Positions 45,918-54,098 of a DNA stretch of 64,000 nucleotides are shown one piece after another. A program made the translations under genes and the position numbers. Source of the DNA: Candidatus Aenigmatarchaeota archaeon (GTDB lineage Archaea; Aenigmatarchaeota; Aenigmatarchaeia; CG10238-14; SCSR01); assembly GCA_016213525.1 (NCBI GenBank), contig JACRAE010000004.1, positions 13,269 through 77,268 on the forward strand, given 5' to 3'. A model generated the notes under the pieces. The model was not told the DNA's origin. It saw nothing but the letters and a program-made list of their open reading frames with translations, and ran no database searches. Each line of letters begins with the position of its first letter. The stretch's first letter is position 1.

Positions 45918-46796
45918 ATGAAAATTTTGGTCACTGGTGGGTCGGGTTTTGTGGGTACTCATTTAATCAACAGGCTTGCGGAAGAACACGAAACCGTCAA
46001 CTTGGATATCAGGAGCCCCCCGCAGCCGAATAAGGCAGACACCTTCATCAAGTGCGACATAACCGACTACAATAGCCTCAAAAAAACATTCGAGAGCGAT
46101 CTGAAGGACATAGACGCCATTTATCACCTGGCTGGATTGTCGAGGGAATCTGAGAGCAACAAGTTTCCGGAAACTTACAACCGCACCAATGTCAATGGCA
46201 CGTTCAACGTAATAGACGCCTCCAGATTCACGAGCTCCAAGAAGTTTATTTTTGCATCCACATTCCTGGTTTACGGGGAGCCCGTATATCTACCGATAGA
46301 CGAAAATCACCCAAAGGACCCCAAGAGCATATACGCCTCTACTAAGCTCTGCGGGGAGACCATATGCAACGCGCATCAGGAAATATACGGCGTGAAGACT
46401 GTAAAGTTCAGGAAGAGCATAATCTACGGAGAGGACGATTTGGAGAAAAGAATAGTTTCGTTGTTCATAGACAAGGCGAAATCTGGAAAAGACCTCACGG
46501 TCTTTGGTAACAAGTTCCTAGACTTTGTCTATATAGAGGACGTCATATCTGCCTACATTTCCGCCCTGAAGAAGGACGTTACTGGAGACTTTAACATCGG
46601 AACTGGTGAAAAGGTCACGCTGCTAGACCTGGCTAACATGGTAAGGGACATAGTGAACCCCGGCGTGAAGGTGGTCGAAGACGGCCTGAGGACTGGAGAG
46701 ATAAAGGGCTATAACCCCGACATATCGAAAGCCAGAAAATTACTGGATTTTAACCCCCAACAAGATTTAATATCCTTCATCAAGAGATGTATATGA
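45918..46796 (+). CDS. NAD(P)-dependent SDR epimerase/reductase (candidate 4-ketoreductase partner of the downstream 3-dehydrase)
   Basis: MKILVTGGSGFVGTHL, ASTFLVYG and YASTKLCGE. 292 aa. Its stop overlaps the start region (ATG x3 at 46787/46793/46796) of the RfbH-like gene. Confidence 0.7.
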   Translation: MKILVTGGSGFVGTHLINRLAEEHETVNLDIRSPPQPNKADTFIKCDITDYNSLKKTFESDLKDIDAIYHLAGLSRESESNKFPETYNRTNVNGTFNVIDASRFTSSKKFIFASTFLVYGEPVYLPIDENHPKDPKSIYASTKLCGETICNAHQEIYGVKTVKFRKSIIYGEDDLEKRIVSLFIDKAKSGKDLTVFGNKFLDFVYIEDVISAYISALKKDVTGDFNIGTGEKVTLLDLANMVRDIVNPGVKVVEDGLRTGEIKGYNPDISKARKLLDFNPQQDLISFIKRCI

Positions 46797-48112
46797 TGGA
46801 TGAGGCTGAGATAAGAAACAAGATATCTTCCCTGGTAAGAGACTTCTTCGAACTGAAAAAATCAAAGAAATTCACCTTCGGAAAGGATCTTATTCAGTAT
46901 TCCGGTGATGTGAAGGACGAAAACGAGATTGACGCCTCCATACAAACGTTACTCGACGGTAGGCTCGCTGCTGGGAAGCAGGTAGAATCATTCGAGAACG
47001 AATTTGCAGATTATCTCGGCGCGAGACACTGCGTTGCCGTCGGCTCTGGAACAGCCGCCGATCTCATTAGCCTGAACGCGCTCCAGAACGAGCACCTAGA
47101 AAATCCGATGAGAAAGGGAGACGAGGTCCTAACGTGCGCCTTGAACTTCGCCACCCCTATGAGCTCGATACTTTTCAATGGTTACAAGCCTGCCCTAGTG
47201 GACACTACTCTTGGGAAGTACACCATGGACGTTGACGATATAGAAGCATCCATAACCGAGAACACCAAGGCTATACTAGCAGTCCACCTGTTCGGCAATG
47301 TTTGCAACCTAGACAAGATAATGAAGATAGCGAAGAAGCATGGTCTCTACGTAATTGAGGATTGCTGTGATTCCGCAGGTTCAATGTACGACGGCAAAAT
47401 GATAGGTACTTTCGGGGACATGGGTACCTTCAGCTTCTATCCTGCCCATCAAATGACGACTATGGAGGGCGGCATGATATCTACGAATAACGAGAACATG
47501 AACTACTTGCTCAGGTCCCTCAGGATGTGGGGAAGAGCTCTTCCTTGTCCCTACTGTGGTGACGATATGGGTAAGTCGTGCAAGCTGAGGCACAATCTCA
47601 ACATAGGCAACATAGGCAGATATGATTTGGCTTACCTTTTCATAAATCAGGGCCATAACTCGAAGCTCGTCGAGGTACAGGGAGCATTCGGAAGGGAACA
47701 GCTCAAGAAGCTCCCGAATTTCAACGAAATACGCCGGGATAACTTCAGGGAGACTGTAAAGGCCCTGAGACCGTACGAGGATCAATTAATTTTGCCAGAG
47801 GCTGAAAAGAATTCCGACCCGGCTTGGTACTCCATACCCCTGACAATCAGGGACGGGGCCGGTTTCAACAGGGAAGACATAACAAACATGCTCAAAGAGG
47901 CGAAGATAGAATTCCGCTACCTGTTCACGGGCAACATACTAGACCAGCCGGCCTTCAGAAACATAGAAAAGAGGATACACGGCGACCTTACGAACGCAAA
48001 CAAGACCACCACAGACTCGTTCTTCATAGGATGCTACCAGGGGATAAACCCCGACATGCGCGAGTATATCATAGAGAAAATGGTCGGATTCTTAGAAAAA
48101 CATAAGAACTGA
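46787..48112 (+). CDS. rfbH: CDP-4-keto-6-deoxy-D-glucose 3-dehydrase (E1/RfbH/DdhC)-like PMP enzyme with Cys cluster
   Basis: RfbH-like N-terminus (IRNKISSLVRDFFELKK...F.FGKD.IQYSGDV.DENE). The active-site motif FSFYPAHQMTTMEGG has His in place of the Lys. Four candidate Fe-S Cys are present (EDCCDSAG ... ALPCPYCGDDMGKSC), spaced C-x59-C-x2-C-x7-C. Confidence 0.75.
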   Translation: MYMMDEAEIRNKISSLVRDFFELKKSKKFTFGKDLIQYSGDVKDENEIDASIQTLLDGRLAAGKQVESFENEFADYLGARHCVAVGSGTAADLISLNALQNEHLENPMRKGDEVLTCALNFATPMSSILFNGYKPALVDTTLGKYTMDVDDIEASITENTKAILAVHLFGNVCNLDKIMKIAKKHGLYVIEDCCDSAGSMYDGKMIGTFGDMGTFSFYPAHQMTTMEGGMISTNNENMNYLLRSLRMWGRALPCPYCGDDMGKSCKLRHNLNIGNIGRYDLAYLFINQGHNSKLVEVQGAFGREQLKKLPNFNEIRRDNFRETVKALRPYEDQLILPEAEKNSDPAWYSIPLTIRDGAGFNREDITNMLKEAKIEFRYLFTGNILDQPAFRNIEKRIHGDLTNANKTTTDSFFIGCYQGINPDMREYIIEKMVGFLEKHKN

Positions 48113-48129
48113 GGGCTTCTGTTGGTTAT

Positions 48130-48870
48130 ATGAAAATAATAATTTTCATGCCAGCCTACAATGCCGCCAAGACCATAGAGAGCGTTTTTCCGAGAATCCC
48201 GAAAAGTGTGTACCGGAAATTACATAAAATAATCATAGTGAACGATGGTAGCAGGGACGACACCGCGAAAGTCGTAAAAAAATTATCTCGATTATACAAG
48301 AAAATCAAACTGATTACTCACAAGGTTAACAGGGGATATGCCCAGACGCAAAAAACTGGGTACAAAGCAGCCTTGGCGATGGGTGCGGACGTTGTAGTAA
48401 TGCTTCACTCCGACGGCCAATATTCTCCGGAATATCTCGACAAGCTTCTAGAGCCTCTCGAGAATAACAAAGCTGACGTCGTCCAGGGCTCCAGAATATT
48501 GGGCGGGGAGGCTTTGAAGGGAGGTATGCCCTCATACAAATTTGTGGGCAACAGGATATCGTCATTTATTGAGAATATAGTTTCCGGGCTCGATATATCG
48601 GAGTACCATTCGGGCTACATGCTCTATAATAAAAAGGCTCTGACAAAAATACCGTTCGAGAAGCTTGCAGACATTTACCATTCTCACAAGGGAACTTGCC
48701 ACTATGATGGTGAGATGATTTTGATATCGAACCGCATGGGACTCAGAATAAAAGAGGTTCCCATACCAACAATATACGCTGGCGAGATATCGCACGTAAA
48801 TCCTTACACGTACGGATTTGAGGTGCTGCAAGTTATAATCAGATATGTGACGAAACGTTACAAGTTCTAA
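48130..48870 (+). CDS. Glycosyltransferase family 2
   Basis: IIIFMPAYNAAKTI...IIIVNDGSRDDT...NRGYAQTQKTGY...VVMLHSDGQY (DxD-type region) ... VQGSR. Confidence 0.7.
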   Translation: MKIIIFMPAYNAAKTIESVFPRIPKSVYRKLHKIIIVNDGSRDDTAKVVKKLSRLYKKIKLITHKVNRGYAQTQKTGYKAALAMGADVVVMLHSDGQYSPEYLDKLLEPLENNKADVVQGSRILGGEALKGGMPSYKFVGNRISSFIENIVSGLDISEYHSGYMLYNKKALTKIPFEKLADIYHSHKGTCHYDGEMILISNRMGLRIKEVPIPTIYAGEISHVNPYTYGFEVLQVIIRYVTKRYKF

Positions 48871-48876
48871 ATCCTA

Positions 48877-49593
48877 TTATCTCTCTATCCTCAGCCTGAG
48901 AGCCTCCAGCATTATCCTTCCGTATCTCCAGCCTTGTTTGTAGAGTCCCGTGAACTTTGCTTTGCCGCTCTTCCTATTCCTCCAGATGGTGGGAACTTCC
49001 AATATCTTTACTTTATTGACAACCATGGGCTTCAATATCATCTCAGAAGTTATCTCGAATCCGTCGCTGTTAATCGTGATATTTTTAAATATACTTTTCC
49101 TGTAGGCCTTGAAGGCGTTCGAAAAGTCCTTGATGTTCTTCATGAAAACCAATGCTAGTGCCTTGTTGTAAATCCTGTGAGCTAGATATTTCATATACGG
49201 GTAGTCCACCGTACGTCCGCCCCTGATGAATCTGGACCCAACAACTATATCATAGCCCTTCTCAATCTCGCGCACCATTCTTGGAATCGTATTAGGGTCG
49301 TCCGACATGTCAGCCATGAACGGCATGACTATGCTTCCTCTGGAATTCTCCAGCCCTGTTTTTATGGCTCTGCCGAATCCGTTTGGATATTTCCTATGAA
49401 TCGCCCTCACGACCCTGTATTTTCTTGACAAATCGTCCACAATCTTTGGTGTGTTGTCGCTACTCACGTCGTCCACCAACAATATTTCAAATTTCAGGCC
49501 CCTACAGGCCCTCAAAAGACTGGAAACGCATCTTGAAAGGTTTCCCTCCTCATTGTGTGCTGGCACTATTATTGTCAACATGTTTTTCGTCAT
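48877..49593 (-). CDS. Glycosyltransferase family 2, polyprenyl/dolichyl-phosphate sugar synthase-like (second copy)
   Basis: LTIIVPAHNEEGNL...FEILLVDDVSSDNT...GFGRAIKTGL...VMPFMADMSDD...GYDIVVGSRF...FKAYRKSIF...SDGFEITSEM. Paralogue of 39995..40705. Confidence 0.7.
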   Translation of the reverse strand: MTKNMLTIIVPAHNEEGNLSRCVSSLLRACRGLKFEILLVDDVSSDNTPKIVDDLSRKYRVVRAIHRKYPNGFGRAIKTGLENSRGSIVMPFMADMSDDPNTIPRMVREIEKGYDIVVGSRFIRGGRTVDYPYMKYLAHRIYNKALALVFMKNIKDFSNAFKAYRKSIFKNITINSDGFEITSEMILKPMVVNKVKILEVPTIWRNRKSGKAKFTGLYKQGWRYGRIMLEALRLRIER

Positions 49594-49609
49594 TATTTAC
49601 ACCCAAATT

Positions 49610-50758
49610 TTATTTTATTTTTCTTACTGCCATCTCTATCTTGTCCATTGCGTCGGATATCTTGTCCTTGGATGTTGCATAACTCATCCTGATAAACCCT
49701 TCTCCCGAGCTTCCGAACTGATTTCCGGGCACGGTCAGGACCTTCGCCTCCCTGATAAGAAATTCTGAGAACTCCTGGGATTTCATGCCGCCGAGTGTCC
49801 TGAAGAATATGTAGAACGCCCCTTTTGGAATGATGAAATCGAATCCTATTTCTTTCAGCCTCTTCGAGGCAAATTTTCTCTTGTCGTCAAAAACGTTGAC
49901 GTTTTTTTGTATATCCTTTTCTGGTATTTTTAGGGCTTCCACCGCGCCATGTTGCAAAAATGCAGGAGATGATACTGTTATGGCGAACTTCAATTGGATC
50001 ATTTTCTTAATCATGTCAGAAGGTCCCTTGCAGTATCCTAGTCTGAACCCTGGCATGCTGTAAGTCTTCGAAAAGGTGTTGAACGTGACCACCTTGTCCT
50101 CCATACCGTTCATGCTGCCTATGCTGTAATGCTTCTCGTTGTCATAGACATATTTTTCGTACGCCTCGTCGGAAAAAATCAACATGTTGTTTTCCGTCGC
50201 TATATCTGCTATTTCTTCCATCTCCCTCTTGCTCATGACCGTACCCGTTGGATTTGATGGTGAGTTTAGGAAGAGTATTCTTGTTTTTTCGTCTATGGTC
50301 TTCCTGAGAATATCTGAATCGAAGGAAAATCCTTCGTTGGAAAGTTTTGTCGGAACCGGTGTTCCGTTTAGCATCCTGACAACTTCAGAATAGTCCATAT
50401 ATCCCGGATCTGGTATCAGGGTCTTTTCCCCCGGCTTCATGGCAGCGAAGGTAGCAATGAAGAGGGCTTCGCTTGAACCACATGTGACTATGATGTCATC
50501 CTCGCTTGAATCGATGCCGTTCTCTTCCCTCAGTTTTTTCACCAAGGCATGCCTCAGCTCCGGCACGCCGTTTGGCTGAGAATAGTTAGTGGTGCCGTTA
50601 TCTAATGATTCTTTGGTGGCATCTATGACGCTCTTCGGTGTGGGAAAGTCGGGTTCGCCTATGGCCAACGATATCACATCCTTCCTCTTCAGGGCGATGC
50701 CCAGTATTTCTCGTATGTCTTTGCCCGATTCTGGGACGTTAGAATCTTTCATCAACAT
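49610..50758 (-). CDS. PLP-dependent aminotransferase, class I/II (aspartate/aromatic aminotransferase-like)
   Basis: ISLAIGEPDFPTP...Y..P.G.PELR......DIIVTCGSSEAL...LIPDPGY..Y...LFLNSPSNPTG....IFSDEAYEKYVYD...TFSKTYSMPGFRLGY, with the PLP Lys in the SKT motif. Confidence 0.8.
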   Translation of the reverse strand: MLMKDSNVPESGKDIREILGIALKRKDVISLAIGEPDFPTPKSVIDATKESLDNGTTNYSQPNGVPELRHALVKKLREENGIDSSEDDIIVTCGSSEALFIATFAAMKPGEKTLIPDPGYMDYSEVVRMLNGTPVPTKLSNEGFSFDSDILRKTIDEKTRILFLNSPSNPTGTVMSKREMEEIADIATENNMLIFSDEAYEKYVYDNEKHYSIGSMNGMEDKVVTFNTFSKTYSMPGFRLGYCKGPSDMIKKMIQLKFAITVSSPAFLQHGAVEALKIPEKDIQKNVNVFDDKRKFASKRLKEIGFDFIIPKGAFYIFFRTLGGMKSQEFSEFLIREAKVLTVPGNQFGSSGEGFIRMSYATSKDKISDAMDKIEMAVRKIK

Positions 50759-50896
50759 TTACTATGTATTTCTGATTTAAATGATGTTTGTACGATTGTG
50801 ACGCGTTTATTGAAATTATGACAGCTATCTTGGATGGTATGTTGTTTTTCTCGGAAATCCGCATAAATTTAAGTCCCCATAAAATCACTCCATAAC

Positions 50897-51799
50897 ATGA
50901 GGGTTTTGATTACGGGCGGTAGTGGTGTCATAGGATCTAAATTTGTGACCGATTTTTCGAAAAATGGCCACGATGTCCTCTACACATATTTGTCCCGAAT
51001 CCCCAGGATTGATGATGGGCTCTCCGAATCTATGGACATCACAGACAGAGGGTCTGTGAACCGCATTGTTGATAAATTCAGACCGGACCTGATTGTACAC
51101 TGCAGCGCCCTGACCAAAGTGGACCTTTGCGAGACCAAACCAGAACTATCAACCCGAATTAACGTAGATGGGACCAAAAATATCGTGGTAGCCGGAAAAA
51201 ATGTCGGTTGTAAAATAATTTACATATCTACAGCCCACGTTTTCTATGAATCTGAAAAGGTCTTCTATGAAGACGACAAACCATCTCCCCAAAACAAATA
51301 TGGCCTCTCTAAAATGATGGGAGAAGAAATAATCAAGAATTCTGGTCTTCCATTTATGATTTTCAGAACGGACCATCCTTACAGATGGAGTCCGGCTCAT
51401 ATAGAAAAAAACAACGTGATGACTGTTATTAGAAAGCTTGGTGAGGGAAAGGAATTTACCGAGGCGGTCGACTGGTACAACATGCCTACCCTGGTGGACA
51501 ATTTGGTCGAGTCTGCACTCAAAATGACAGATAAATGGGAAGATGGTATATACCACGTGGTCGGATCAGACTATGTCAGCAGGTATGATTTTGCCTCGAA
51601 GGTCGCGGCGGCCCTCGGGGTGGACGACAAAATAATTAAAAAGACCAGAATATCCGATTTAAAGCTGGATGCCAAGAGGCCAAACATACGGATGAACAAT
51701 GACAAAATCCAGAAGAAATCTGGTGTTAGGATGGTGGGCGTCGACGAGGGTATATTTTTGGTGATGAAGGAGCGCTTGGATTCGCTCAGGCTTTCTTGA
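50897..51799 (+). CDS. SDR NDP-4-keto-sugar reductase, RmlD-like (AT-rich paralogue of 14259..15158)
   Basis: MRVLITGGSGVIGSKFVTDFSKNGHDVLYTYLSR..., YGLSKMMGE, RTDHPYRWSP.HIEKNN, and EDGIYHV.G.DYVSRYDFA. Collinear with 14259..15158 along its full length. Confidence 0.65.
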   Translation: MRVLITGGSGVIGSKFVTDFSKNGHDVLYTYLSRIPRIDDGLSESMDITDRGSVNRIVDKFRPDLIVHCSALTKVDLCETKPELSTRINVDGTKNIVVAGKNVGCKIIYISTAHVFYESEKVFYEDDKPSPQNKYGLSKMMGEEIIKNSGLPFMIFRTDHPYRWSPAHIEKNNVMTVIRKLGEGKEFTEAVDWYNMPTLVDNLVESALKMTDKWEDGIYHVVGSDYVSRYDFASKVAAALGVDDKIIKKTRISDLKLDAKRPNIRMNNDKIQKKSGVRMVGVDEGIFLVMKERLDSLRLS

Positions 51800-51802
51800 A
51801 AT

Positions 51803-52018
51803 TTATTTTTCTATCCTTCGGAACAGCCTGAATGCTAAAACCACATATATTACGTCAATGAACACCAGCGTATATGCCCAAAGCACCGTAGTAGAAGACC
51901 CGACGGACGTGCTGTACTTGCCCAAACCCCCCTGGAAAGGATCGAAATAATTTACTGACGCATTTAGTCCCACAATTATAATGGAGAGAACAATGAAGGT
52001 TACGCGTAGATTTGTCAT
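51803..52018 (-). CDS. Small membrane protein (71 aa, 2 TM)
   Basis: Hydrophobic stretches: VTFIVLSIIIVGLNASV and VLWAYTLVFIDVIYVVLAFRLF. Its ATG (52018..52016) overlaps the upstream GT gene's TGA (52017..52015) as ATGA, which supports translation. Confidence 0.45.
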   Translation of the reverse strand: MTNLRVTFIVLSIIIVGLNASVNYFDPFQGGLGKYSTSVGSSTTVLWAYTLVFIDVIYVVLAFRLFRRIEK

Positions 52019-53025
52019 TTGCTGTCCTCCAAGAATCCTATTCTCCTGTAGAATTTCTCGTACATTTTCCTCACAATCGGATAGTCGACTTTCCTTGCCA
52101 CTCTCTTGGCATTGGACGCGTTCTTCCTCGCAAGTTTTCCGTTGTTTAGGTACTTACAAATGTTTTCCGATAGCTTGTCGGAATCCATGTATCCATGGAA
52201 TAGCGCGGAGCTCTTGAAAGCGTCGAATAGGCCATAGTCCGGGAGGCATAGAGGCACGCCTGCGCAGGCAGCTTCGTATACCACCAAAGAGAAACATTCC
52301 CCGCCGTCTTCTGAAGAGTTCACATACACGTTGGCCGCATCCAGGGCCGCGAGAACCCCGTGTTTATCCAAATTTCCCGTGAAAATTACATCCCTACCCT
52401 CCTTCTCCAATATGTCAGGCTCTGGTAGAAGCCACTCGAACCCTGACTGAACCTCCTTTCTTGACTTGTGACCTACGAACACCAGTCTCACACCGGCTTT
52501 CTTACAAGCCTCGATTATTACCTCTGGTTTCTTCGTCTTCCTTGCGTTGATGCACAAAACGAATGGATCTTTACCTAGACCGTACTTCTTCCTGAACTCG
52601 ATGCCTCCCCTTGGTCTGGAAAAAAATGGGTAGTTCACTGGTATAGGGAGCACCACCACTTTTTTGGGGTCTACCCCCTCCTTTATGTAATTTTTTTTGC
52701 CATATTCGGTCTGGGCTGCTATCCAGTCATAGCTGTTGAAAATGAATTTCCTAAGGAATCGAGTCTTTCCCGAACTACCCAAGTGGTTGTTGTGCGGTGT
52801 ATAGACCGATTTTTTCGCGAAGAGGGCTGAGAGCTCTGGAAATGGCAAACCCCTGCCATGCGCATGCACGTTCTGTCCGCTGATTTCTCCTATAATCTTG
52901 CCGGTCTTCGATGACGATATCGAAACAAACTCCCCTTGACATATGTCCCTACATAACTCAAAGTAGTCCTCCCTGGGATCGACGTTGTGATGTTTTATCG
53001 GGAAAGGTATCACTATTTTTGTCAT
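52015..53025 (-). CDS. Glycosyltransferase, GT-B fold (GT4-like, divergent)
   Basis: The C-terminal half reads ...VRLVFVGH...ANVYVNSSEDGGECFSLVVYEAACAGVPLCLPDYG. The start is set at the ATG at 53025 (ATGA overlap with the upstream stop); the track extension to 53076 was rejected. Confidence 0.6.
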   Translation of the reverse strand: MTKIVIPFPIKHHNVDPREDYFELCRDICQGEFVSISSSKTGKIIGEISGQNVHAHGRGLPFPELSALFAKKSVYTPHNNHLGSSGKTRFLRKFIFNSYDWIAAQTEYGKKNYIKEGVDPKKVVVLPIPVNYPFFSRPRGGIEFRKKYGLGKDPFVLCINARKTKKPEVIIEACKKAGVRLVFVGHKSRKEVQSGFEWLLPEPDILEKEGRDVIFTGNLDKHGVLAALDAANVYVNSSEDGGECFSLVVYEAACAGVPLCLPDYGLFDAFKSSALFHGYMDSDKLSENICKYLNNGKLARKNASNAKRVARKVDYPIVRKMYEKFYRRIGFLEDSK

Positions 53026-54098
53026 TTCATGACCTCCTCGTAAATACCGACCGTTTTCTCTGCCGCCTTCTTCCATGTGAATTCTTTCGACCTCTCGAGC
53101 CCTCTTTTCCCGATCTTTCTGCGGAGGTTTTTGTCCACTACGAGCCTCTCTATGGACTCCGACATGTCCGCCACTGTGGGATCTGATAGTATTCCCGAGT
53201 CGCCGACTATCTCCGGCATGGTCGAGACGTTAGAAGCTACTACCGGGACTCCGCATGCCATCGCCTCGCACACAGGCAGACCGAATCCTTCCCCGAGGGT
53301 TGGGAATACGAATACGTCGAGGGAATTCAAAAATGACGGCACGTCCTTATATTTCACATCCCCATGCAGGAACATATTGGGGATTTCCATTTCTTCGAAC
53401 TTCTCGAAGTTCCTGCCGGTGCCGGCCAGATGTAGTTCCACGTTCTTGTTACCCCTCGATATCTTCTTGAAACATTCTATGAGCAGCGTCACGTTCTTCC
53501 TTCCATCCAGGCCACCTATGTACCCAATTCTTATCTTATCGTGATTTTTTGGGGGGGCAGGTTTCAGCATTTCCGAATCGATTCCATAGTGCACGGCGTG
53601 GATTTTTTCCTCTGGAATTCTGGTTTTCTCTATGGCTTCATTTCTTGCGCATTCCGACGCCAGTATTATGGCGTCGGCCTTCTCTATCGACTTGAAGTTC
53701 CTCATGTAGAATGCGACCCTGACTTTGTCCATGACTGTCAAATCCTTCTTGTCGTAGGAGAACGGCAGCACGTCGTGTATGGCGACTACGGCTGGTCTCT
53801 TCTTTGCCCATATCAAAGGTGCTCCTGTGTTCACGTAGTCTGCATGGAAGACGTCGGACCTGACTCCCCGTATTTTCTTGTACACGAACATTGGATAGGG
53901 TATCCAACTGACTTTGGGTGCAGATATCGTCTTTATCCATTTCTCGGGCGGCTTCACGTCATCCCTTACAAAAAGATTGACGTCGTGCCCCATCTTCACG
54001 AGCTCTGATCCTGTATAGTAGATGTAGCGGGCTATTCCCCTGCTGGCGCCGTTTATGTTGCTCTGCGGTATCGTGTATCCTACCATGGTTATCTTCAT
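53022..54098 (-). CDS. Glycosyltransferase, GT-B fold (GT4 family)
   Basis: MKITMVGYT...GASRGIARY N-domain, plus LDVFVFPTLGEGFGLPVCEAMACGVPVVASNVSTMPEIVGDSGIL. Confidence 0.75.
   Translation of the reverse strand: MKITMVGYTIPQSNINGASRGIARYIYYTGSELVKMGHDVNLFVRDDVKPPEKWIKTISAPKVSWIPYPMFVYKKIRGVRSDVFHADYVNTGAPLIWAKKRPAVVAIHDVLPFSYDKKDLTVMDKVRVAFYMRNFKSIEKADAIILASECARNEAIEKTRIPEEKIHAVHYGIDSEMLKPAPPKNHDKIRIGYIGGLDGRKNVTLLIECFKKISRGNKNVELHLAGTGRNFEKFEEMEIPNMFLHGDVKYKDVPSFLNSLDVFVFPTLGEGFGLPVCEAMACGVPVVASNVSTMPEIVGDSGILSDPTVADMSESIERLVVDKNLRRKIGKRGLERSKEFTWKKAAEKTVGIYEEVMK

Noticed and set aside
49610-50758. The class I/II aminotransferase as a sugar aminotransferase of the glycan pathway.
   Set aside because: Its motifs (GEPDFPTP, NPSNPTG, SKTYSMPGFRLGY) are those of aspartate/aromatic amino-acid aminotransferases, not DegT-type sugar aminotransferases. 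It is probably a metabolic gene embedded in the island. A role in supplying glutamate or PMP turnover is pure speculation.
50759-50896. Possible C/D-box sRNA in the largest intergenic gap (138 nt). It contains AATGATGT and, upstream, TCTGAT.
   Set aside because: The box order is wrong: the CTGA-like element precedes the C-like box. There is no terminal stem and no D box after the C box on either strand. The gap is better explained by two divergent AT-rich promoters (TTTAAATGA and ATAAATTTAAG).
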